DNA from: an uncultured delta proteobacterium
Lineage (GTDB): Bacteria; Desulfobacterota; Binatia; UBA9968
NCBI GenBank assembly: GCA_963771465.1
Contig: CAVYTU010000001.1
Location: 1-64,000, forward strand
Direction: 5' to 3'
DNA: 64,000 bases
Position 1 is the first letter of the stretch, and each line of letters opens with the position of its first letter. Made by a program: the position numbers and the translations under genes. Of this stretch, positions 56,897 to 64,000 are shown piece by piece. Under the pieces are notes generated by a model. It did no database searches. It was given only the letters and a program-made list of their open reading frames with translations, and was not told where the DNA came from.

Positions 56897-58531
56897 TTAG
56901 TCGATGACGATCCGATTACGTACTTCCTTGACGCCGGGAACGCTCAGCGCGGCGCGCACCGCGGCCAACTTCTGGCGCGGCGAGGCTACCCGGCCTTCAA
57001 GATATACCAAACCATCATCGACCCGGGACACTTGCACACCGAGAATGGCGCGATCGTGAATTGCCTTGTAAATTTCAAGTTCCAATCGTTGTTCTAACAC
57101 GGCGGCATCGCCCGATGATCGCACCGGCGTAGATGATTTTATGATTGCGCGTTTGTTGGCCGCGACTTGGGACGACGACTTCGCTGGCGTCTCGACTTTT
57201 CGATCGCTCCCTGGTGTGGCTGTGCCGTCGTGGCCCAAAACAACGTCGGAGTCTGCATGGTTGTTCAAGCTTTCCGTAAGCGGCGCTGTCTCGGGCGAAA
57301 TTTCTGTTGGATTCGGTGTCAGCGCCTGTGCCGGTCGCGCGCTTCCATTGGCACGGCCGAAGCCCGTCCAATGTTCAAAGTAAGCACTGATGGCCGGTAG
57401 CGACAACAACTTTTCCTGCACAGCGAAGAACAGCAACGTGCCGATCAGCAGAGACAAGACGAAAATACTGGCATAATTCCGCGTATGCACGGCGCGACGT
57501 TTGCGGGAGTGAGCAGAGCGGTAACCCATGTCCATCACCAACGGTTCGAACTGCGGTGCCGTGTCGATTGCGCTCGGCGGCCTTTCCCAAACCGGGCGAA
57601 ACTCCTGCGCGCGAGCCCCCTGGGTCGCTGAGCCAACTTCGGCAGCAACCGGCACTTCGGAAATATCGACGAGTTGCAGTTCTTGCGCCGCCTCAACGAT
57701 GTCGTCCACCGACACCCAGCGGCGTCCAGCGGCGCAGGCGATCAACAACGCATTATCGCAGATAACGTTGACAAGCCGAGGTATCCCTTTCGAATAGCGC
57801 GCAATCCGTTTGACGCACTCGCTGTCGAATAAGTCGCGGCGCGTGTACTTAACCGTCTTCAATCGCGAAGCGATGTATAAACCGACGTCGCTTTCCTCCA
57901 AGGGGCGGATTCGGCAGCGCAGCGCCACCCGCTGTTTAAGCTGGACTAGTTCGGGACGATCCAATTTTTCCACCAAACCCGGCTGACCGACTAGAATAAT
58001 TTGGATCAGCTTTTCGGTATCGGTTTCGAGGTTAGAAAGCAGCCGCAACTCTTCGAGCATCGTGATGCTCATGCTTTGGGCTTCGTCGACCATGAGGGTG
58101 ACGATGTGACCTTTTTCGAGCTGCTCGATCAGAAAATCATACAACTGCATCATCATGGACAACCGGTCACCGTCGGCTACGGGAGTCATACCCAAATCGC
58201 GCAACACGCCACGCAAAAGCTCGAGGAAGCTAAGATGTGGATCAAATACGCAGGCGCTGTGAACATGGGTTTCGAGGCTATTGATCAGCCGTTTCAAAAC
58301 CGTCGTTTTGCCGGTACCCGCTTCACCAGTGACGACAATAAAACCTTTGCGCGCGTCGATTCCATAACGCACCGTGGCGAAGGCTTCTTCATAACACGAG
58401 TTGACGAAGAAAAATCGCGAATCCGGAGTGACATTGAATGGTGATTCGCTAAATCCGAAGTGTTCGTTGTACATATGACTTAAGGATATTGATTTTGGTT
58501 TATAGTTTTCAGTTTCAGTCGAGCTGCTCAT
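56897..58531 (-). CDS. ExeA/GspA-like AAA ATPase with TM and C-terminal BON domain
   Basis: HFGFSESPFNVTPD..FFF, GEAGTGKTT, VDEAQ, ILVGQP, GIPRLVNVICDNALL; tail VYLEGRV...AALSVPGVKEVRNRI. Confidence 0.88.
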   Translation of the reverse strand: MSSSTETENYKPKSISLSHMYNEHFGFSESPFNVTPDSRFFFVNSCYEEAFATVRYGIDARKGFIVVTGEAGTGKTTVLKRLINSLETHVHSACVFDPHLSFLELLRGVLRDLGMTPVADGDRLSMMMQLYDFLIEQLEKGHIVTLMVDEAQSMSITMLEELRLLSNLETDTEKLIQIILVGQPGLVEKLDRPELVQLKQRVALRCRIRPLEESDVGLYIASRLKTVKYTRRDLFDSECVKRIARYSKGIPRLVNVICDNALLIACAAGRRWVSVDDIVEAAQELQLVDISEVPVAAEVGSATQGARAQEFRPVWERPPSAIDTAPQFEPLVMDMGYRSAHSRKRRAVHTRNYASIFVLSLLIGTLLFFAVQEKLLSLPAISAYFEHWTGFGRANGSARPAQALTPNPTEISPETAPLTESLNNHADSDVVLGHDGTATPGSDRKVETPAKSSSQVAANKRAIIKSSTPVRSSGDAAVLEQRLELEIYKAIHDRAILGVQVSRVDDGLVYLEGRVASPRQKLAAVRAALSVPGVKEVRNRIVID

Positions 58532-60141
58532 TACTTAAGCCGTTCAAAAAACGCATCTTCTTTATGGACGTAGCCCTCGGCGATTCCCCTCTCCCGCGAT
58601 CGTATCAGCATATAATCGCCGCGCCGCTCGACCAATTGAATACGTGTGCCGGCGTGCAGGGTCGTGACGATATCGGCTTCCGATGTCGGTTGTTTGCGCA
58701 CGAAGGAATCGTCAACGACCAGGTAATCGATAAGTGCCCGATTGGCGGATGCGGTATTCACCCGCTCGTTATCGCCGTGCCGGACATTTTTTGAGCGGGT
58801 CTGGGGCGTCACGAGATCTGGTGTGGACGAAAAGTCGGAACTGGCAATGCTGTCGCGCTCACGAGTCATCGGCAGGCGACTTTGGTTTGCCGGAACTGGC
58901 GCGGGCGTTTGTCGCCGTGGCACGGGAATCTCGATCCTTACATCATCGGCGCTTTCTTCGCGCGCTATGAACACCCGGTAAATCCGCCCCGGAAGCGGCG
59001 CAATCACTTGTGTCACCCTGGTAAGATTAGCGCTCATCGGTTCAAATGAATCAGGCCTCTGCTGTGTCGCGATCACCCCGGCGATGATCAATGCAAGTAT
59101 GGCGAATCCTAATATCAGCCCTGCCCTTTTGCTCTCGGGGGGGCCGGATAGCTCGGGACGTGCCTGTGGAACAATCGGCGGCACGGTCGTGATATCCGAC
59201 CGCGAAAACTCCTCGGCTCGATCATCGGCCATTTCATCAATGACCGTTAGTACGCGATTGTCCACCGGAACGGCCGCGCTCCGTGCCCCCGGCAGCGTCG
59301 GCTCTTTCAGCGCCCAAGGCATCCTATGAGCTGGCAATACGGCAAGTTGTAAATCCTCTGCGACTTCGTCGATAGTTTCGACTCCAACGTGGCGCTGCGA
59401 CGTGGCGCATGCGATCAGCAGAGCGTTATCGCAAATAACATTGATCAGCCGAGGAATGCCAGATGAAAATGCCGTGATCCGTTTGATCGCCGGCGTTCTA
59501 AAAATCGTCTCCCCGCTGTATCCTGCCACCCGCAACCGGTATTCGATATAAGAACGAATCTCTTCACTCTCCAGCGCCCGTAGCTTGGAGCGCAGCGTCA
59601 CGCGTTGCCTGAGATCAAACGACGGCGTTGATAATCGCGTGTCGAGGAGCGGCTGACCGACCAACACGACCTGCAAAAGCCGCTCGTCGTTCTTTTGGAG
59701 ATCCGAAAGCAGCCCTAGTTCATCGAGCATCGCATCGTCGAGATCCTGGGCTTCGTCGAGTAGCAGCGTGACGATGCAGTTCTGTTCGTGTTGATTGACG
59801 AGATAGCTGTTAAGTTCCTGCACCATCGTCACGCGATCGGGAGAGCACGGTGACAAACCAAAGGCGCCCAAGGCGCACTGCAACAATTCACCAAAAGTCA
59901 CATGGGGGTCGAGAATGCACGCTGTATGCACACGACTGGGAGAGTTCTGAATGAAACGCTTGAGCAGCGTGGTTTTACCGGTACCGGCTTCGCCTGTGAT
60001 GACGATTATCCCCTTGCGCTGCTCGATACCGTGGCAGAGCGTCGCGAATGCCTCCTGAAGCGACGCGTTGAGGAAAAAAAATCGCGGGTCAGGAGTCAGA
60101 TTGAAAGGCGATTCGCGTAGATTGAAATAGTCCTCGTACAT
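58531..60141 (-). CDS. ExeA/GspA-like AAA ATPase with TM and C-terminal SH3-like domain
   Basis: YFNLRESPFNLTPDPRFFF, GEAGTGKTT, LDEAQ, GIPRLINVICDNALL; tail VRKQPT...LHAGTRI...GYV. Confidence 0.88.
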   Translation of the reverse strand: MYEDYFNLRESPFNLTPDPRFFFLNASLQEAFATLCHGIEQRKGIIVITGEAGTGKTTLLKRFIQNSPSRVHTACILDPHVTFGELLQCALGAFGLSPCSPDRVTMVQELNSYLVNQHEQNCIVTLLLDEAQDLDDAMLDELGLLSDLQKNDERLLQVVLVGQPLLDTRLSTPSFDLRQRVTLRSKLRALESEEIRSYIEYRLRVAGYSGETIFRTPAIKRITAFSSGIPRLINVICDNALLIACATSQRHVGVETIDEVAEDLQLAVLPAHRMPWALKEPTLPGARSAAVPVDNRVLTVIDEMADDRAEEFSRSDITTVPPIVPQARPELSGPPESKRAGLILGFAILALIIAGVIATQQRPDSFEPMSANLTRVTQVIAPLPGRIYRVFIAREESADDVRIEIPVPRRQTPAPVPANQSRLPMTRERDSIASSDFSSTPDLVTPQTRSKNVRHGDNERVNTASANRALIDYLVVDDSFVRKQPTSEADIVTTLHAGTRIQLVERRGDYMLIRSRERGIAEGYVHKEDAFFERLK

Positions 60142-60238
60142 TGTCGTGTGCCGCGCTATGAGTATCGGTCGTGACGACGATCTAAAGGCGCATTAAATTG
60201 TGGAATTTGGTGACGGCCAGAGTAGGACGGACTGCCGG

Positions 60239-61765
60239 TTATTCCTTGAACACCTTCTTGTCCAAACCATATAATCGCATCTTACGGGAAAGCGTACGCA
60301 CGCCAATGCGGCAGATTTTTGCGGTCAGACCGACGTTACCGTCGAAAACTTTCAGTTTCTGGGAAATGTAGAACTTCTCCCTTTCCCGCAGCCAGTGACG
60401 CAGCGAACCCGAAGTGGCAATTTCGCTCCTATCTTGGCCTGAATCGAGAGTCCCGGCGGGCAGTATGACATTTTCGATGATCCTACCGGGTGCCAACATG
60501 ATCGCGTGATCGAGCACATTCTGCAGCTCGCGAATGTTGCCTGGCCACGAATAGTCCATCAATTGGCTCAGCACTTTAGTCGACACATTGACGATCCGCT
60601 TACTCTTCGCCATCGGATGATCCTGCAAATAGTTCTGAATCAGCAATGGAAGATCGATTTGACATTCGCGCAACGGGATGAGGTGGATCGGCAGCGCATT
60701 AATCTTCTCATAAAAATCCGCTCTCATAGTCCCTTTGGCAACATTGGCTTTAAGCGATGCGCTGCTGCCAGCGACCAGGCGGATATCGACGTGGACACTA
60801 TCAGCGGCGCCGCCGCACCGAAGCCTTCGCGCTTCGATCAGTCGCAACATCGTTTCTTGCACCGCCAGCGGCATTCTGTCGATCTCGTCGACGAACAGCG
60901 TGCCGCGGTGCGCTGCTGCAATCTTTCCGGGTATAGCTATTCGGTATCCGTTTAGCGCACCCGATTCAGATCCGAATAGCTCACGCTCCAGCATCTCTTC
61001 TGAGAAATCCGCGCAACTAATGGCCACGAACGGGCCGTTGCGGCGCGCGCTACGATGATGAATCGCATGGGCGACCAATTCCTTGCCGGTGCCGGGTTCC
61101 CCGTGCACCAGGACGGTGGCGTCATTGGGCGACGCCAAGCGGATGATTTCGAAGACACGCTGCATCTGCGGCGTCTGACTCAACATTTCGCTGAACTGAT
61201 AGCGCTCCTTTAGCCAGCGCCGCAGCTGACGAATCTCCATGGCCGCTCGAGTACCTTCCAGCGCAGCGCGGGTTGATTCCAACACCGCTTCCGGATCGAA
61301 AGGCTTGGAGACGAAATCTCGGGCGCCGAGTTTTAACACATCCACGGCGGTCTGAATTTCGGCATCGCCGGTAATTGCGATAACCGGGAGCTCGGGATAT
61401 TTTTGACATGTTCGCGAGATAAACTGCACACCCTCCATGCCCGGCAGCTTGAGATCGGTGATGACAAAATCAATATCGTCCTCTTCGAGCCGGTGCAGCG
61501 CCTCTTCCGCGGAGGATAGCGTGACCACCGAATAGCCGCTTTCCGCGTACGCGCGTTGCAACTGTTGGCGCGTCGCTGGGTCGTCGTCAACGACCATCAC
61601 GTTAGGGCGCGGTCCGTCATCGGCACGAGGCGCGCTGCAAATTTGACTTTCGTTTGTGTGCGGCTCCGGCGAAACAAGAGCCACGCCGTCCATCCAGGCT
61701 CGCGCTGCTTCAGACGGCGCGGCATACTGCCACTTTGGCAACATCAAATAGCCACCTTCCGACAC
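60239..61765 (-). CDS. NtrC-family response regulator (REC-AAA-Fis HTH) with degenerate GAFTGA; start uncertain
   Basis: VVDDD, ITDLKLPG, KPF, GEPGTGKE, FVDEID, WPGNIRELQN, HTH. GAFTGA is replaced by GALNGY. Confidence 0.9.
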   Translation of the reverse strand: MSEGGYLMLPKWQYAAPSEAARAWMDGVALVSPEPHTNESQICSAPRADDGPRPNVMVVDDDPATRQQLQRAYAESGYSVVTLSSAEEALHRLEEDDIDFVITDLKLPGMEGVQFISRTCQKYPELPVIAITGDAEIQTAVDVLKLGARDFVSKPFDPEAVLESTRAALEGTRAAMEIRQLRRWLKERYQFSEMLSQTPQMQRVFEIIRLASPNDATVLVHGEPGTGKELVAHAIHHRSARRNGPFVAISCADFSEEMLERELFGSESGALNGYRIAIPGKIAAAHRGTLFVDEIDRMPLAVQETMLRLIEARRLRCGGAADSVHVDIRLVAGSSASLKANVAKGTMRADFYEKINALPIHLIPLRECQIDLPLLIQNYLQDHPMAKSKRIVNVSTKVLSQLMDYSWPGNIRELQNVLDHAIMLAPGRIIENVILPAGTLDSGQDRSEIATSGSLRHWLREREKFYISQKLKVFDGNVGLTAKICRIGVRTLSRKMRLYGLDKKVFKE

Positions 61766-62140
61766 CCGGACACTGTGCCAGGGGTCTGATCAGATTAAAA
61801 AAGTCCCCAATTGTCGTGCTAGTTTTTAGACAGAATAGCGCTTTGGGCGGCGCACCATTTGCAACTCAACCCCTTGGCTCAGTCAGTCCGCTAAGATGAA
61901 CTTACCATTATGTATGTGGAATCCTGATAGATTTACCGCAGACGACAAAGCTGGGATTTACGCACCGAGAAACCGGCAGGTTCAGGCGGCGAACACAGCC
62001 CCCGGGTGTGTTATCAGCTATCGTTGATTGCACTTAACAAAGCTACGGTGCGATCTATGCGAGCTAACAAGTCAAAAAATCGGCCACCGTCGCGCCAACC
62101 AACTCGGCGCTCACGGGTGCAGCGATCTTAACCGCTTGAG

Positions 62141-62335
62141 CTATGCATGCACGCGATGGTCGTCGTGATAAGAATCGCCCGGCACATTTTTGGCCGTAAG
62201 CCCGAGCCGCCGCGCCTCAAGGAAGCAGTAATAGCAGACCGTCAGATCGAGAAGGAGTAGTCCGCCATCTTGGCTCATCACGCGGTACGTCTTGCCGTTA
62301 GTCAATCCGCCGCAACGCTGACATTCACAATTCAT
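62141..62335 (-). CDS. Small putative zinc-binding protein
   Basis: CQRCG...VCYYC in 64 aa. Confidence 0.5.
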   Translation of the reverse strand: MNCECQRCGGLTNGKTYRVMSQDGGLLLLDLTVCYYCFLEARRLGLTAKNVPGDSYHDDHRVHA

Positions 62336-62569
62336 GATGGAACAAGACCGCAAAGAATGTGCCACCAGCTTGCGACTAATATCGCTTTTAAAAACCGTCG
62401 GCAACAAAAGCACTTACGGTCAGAGTGCCATCCTACGTCTGATAATCCCATCAATTCTGACCGGTTTTACCGACAGATTGGTTTGGCATACAGAGGAAAA
62501 TTACTATCGAGCTGACCCAACGAATAATTCTCCCCGTTCTGCGGCGTCATCCATACTTTGTTCGTTCTA

Positions 62570-63934
62570 TTAGAGCAACGCAACGTTGGTTTGGCCAAGG
62601 TCCTTCACTGCGTTACGTGTGTCGAAGATCAACGGGCTAAATTTTGCGATCATCGCATAGTCAAAAATGGAGTGATCAGTCAGAATGGCGATCAGATCCA
62701 TCGACTGCATAAGCTGGGGAGTCAGCTCTTGTGAGTCGATCAATTTTTCATTGACGGAAATTGTCGGAACGTAGGGATCACAAAAGTGAATCTCGGCACC
62801 TTTCTCGTCCAAACCGGCGAGAATCTGCAGCGCCGGCGACTCGCGTACGTCGTTGGTGTTGCGTTTATAGGCGACCCCCAAAGCCAATATCTTCGCGCCG
62901 TTCAAACATTTGTGCTTCTCGTTGAGCGCGTCGCTGATGCAGCGGATGACAAACGCCGGCATTTGACTGTTAATTTGGCGGGCGAGTTCGATCAGCCGCG
63001 GCTCGCAGCCTTTCATGCGCGCTTTCCAAGTCAGGTAATAGGAACCGACCGGAATGTGGTGGCCGCCGAGTCCGGGACCTGGATAAAACGGCATAAACCC
63101 AAACGGTTTTGATTTTGCTGCTTCGATCACTTCCCAAACGTTGATGCCGAAGCTGTGACAGGTCAACGCCATTTCATTAGCCAGCGCGATATTCACGCTG
63201 CGAAAAGTATTTTCCAGCAGCTTCACCATTTCGGCGCAGTCGGTGGACGACACCTTGAGCACCTGGTCGATGAACTGCCGGTAGAACGCCTGCGCCACAT
63301 CGGCGCACCGCGGTGTAATTCCACCGACGACTTTGGGAATACTCCTAGTTCTATAGATCTGATTACCGGGATCGATGCGCTCCGGCGAATAAGCCAAGAA
63401 GAAATCGCTTCCCACTTTGAGACCCGATTCGTTCAGAATCGGTAAAACCACTTCGCGAGTCGTGCCCGGATAAGTCGTGCTCTCGAGAATGATCAACTGG
63501 CCAGGGCGAATGTGATTGCGGATCACCTCAACGCCAGCGATCACGTAAGACAGTTCGGGATCTTTGTTTTTTCCGAGCGGCGTCGGTACGCAGATATTGA
63601 TCGTGTCGAGATCACCCACCGCCGCCAACGACTGGGTCGCCCGAAGTTTTTTCTCTGCGACGAAAGACGCGATCATTTCGCTGGGCACGTCTGGGATATC
63701 GGAAATCCCGGCATTGATCGAGTTGACTTTTTCTTTGTTGAAGTCGATGCCGGTGACCTGGAATCCCGCGTTGGCCATCTCGACGGCCAAAGACAACCCA
63801 ACGTAGCCCAAGCCAATGACGCCTACCTTGGCCGTGTGACCGCGGATCCGGCGCTTGAGCTCCCGCATCAGACGGGGCGCTTGCACCTCAACGGATTCGG
63901 CATGAATCAAAGTTGTCTCACGCTTAGCCGCCAT
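62570..63934 (-). CDS. UDP-glucose/GDP-mannose dehydrogenase family protein (WbpA/WecC-like), catalytic Cys replaced by His
   Basis: GLGYVG, ICVPTP, LESTTYPGTT, SPERIDPG, KLLENTFR.VNIA, LGVAYK...D.RESP. GPGLGGHHIPVGS instead of GGHCIPVDP. Confidence 0.9.
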   Translation of the reverse strand: MAAKRETTLIHAESVEVQAPRLMRELKRRIRGHTAKVGVIGLGYVGLSLAVEMANAGFQVTGIDFNKEKVNSINAGISDIPDVPSEMIASFVAEKKLRATQSLAAVGDLDTINICVPTPLGKNKDPELSYVIAGVEVIRNHIRPGQLIILESTTYPGTTREVVLPILNESGLKVGSDFFLAYSPERIDPGNQIYRTRSIPKVVGGITPRCADVAQAFYRQFIDQVLKVSSTDCAEMVKLLENTFRSVNIALANEMALTCHSFGINVWEVIEAAKSKPFGFMPFYPGPGLGGHHIPVGSYYLTWKARMKGCEPRLIELARQINSQMPAFVIRCISDALNEKHKCLNGAKILALGVAYKRNTNDVRESPALQILAGLDEKGAEIHFCDPYVPTISVNEKLIDSQELTPQLMQSMDLIAILTDHSIFDYAMIAKFSPLIFDTRNAVKDLGQTNVALL

Positions 63935-64000
63935 GAAATATCCTTCTAAAAACGGGTTGCATCGGAATTTTCAGCCAATTTTGCAATATCGCTAAAAGCA

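Noticed and set aside
1-64000. CRISPR arrays, rRNA, IS transposases, additional Sec-readthrough genes
   Set aside because: None seen by eye; the other TGA stops I checked fall at natural family C-termini.

Overview
The window appears to join two different genomes. Bases 1 to ~6224 are very GC-rich and Alphaproteobacteria-like: a peptide/nickel-type ABC transporter cluster (two family-5 binding proteins, two permeases) and a gatB gene cut off mid-gene. gatB is fused directly to the 3' third of a tyrosine integrase, which is followed by an att-like 3' half of tRNA-Arg(TCG). The junction most likely reflects a chimeric read or assembly. The remaining ~57 kb has lower GC by eye. Its gene content suggests Candidatus Binatia or a related Deltaproteobacteria-like lineage (inference). 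It carries housekeeping genes (MutT-like NUDIX, lytic transglycosylase, pgsA-tRNA-Gly, cyclophilin, uup, miaB, DUF151, YfgM-like) among many catabolic paralogs: three UbiD, two bicupins, two HDO/TenA-CADD-like oxidases, two DHDPS-family aldolases, a CoA-transferase, a thiolase-like/DUF35 pair, two Asp/Glu-racemase-fold proteins lacking both catalytic Cys, and orphan solute-binding proteins. The right end is an ExeA/NtrC-like/nucleotide-sugar dehydrogenase block bounded by a degenerate tRNA-Gly 3' fragment. The top finding is a sulfide:quinone oxidoreductase/FCSD-like flavoprotein (52455 to 51298, minus strand). Its annotated TGA stop sits at the position of the second catalytic cysteine, is followed by a SECIS-like hairpin, and continues in frame for 53 codons into the conserved family C-terminus, so it is a probable Cys/selenocysteine enzyme. 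Several frameshifts look like long-read indel errors. All family calls are by motif recognition; no searches were run.
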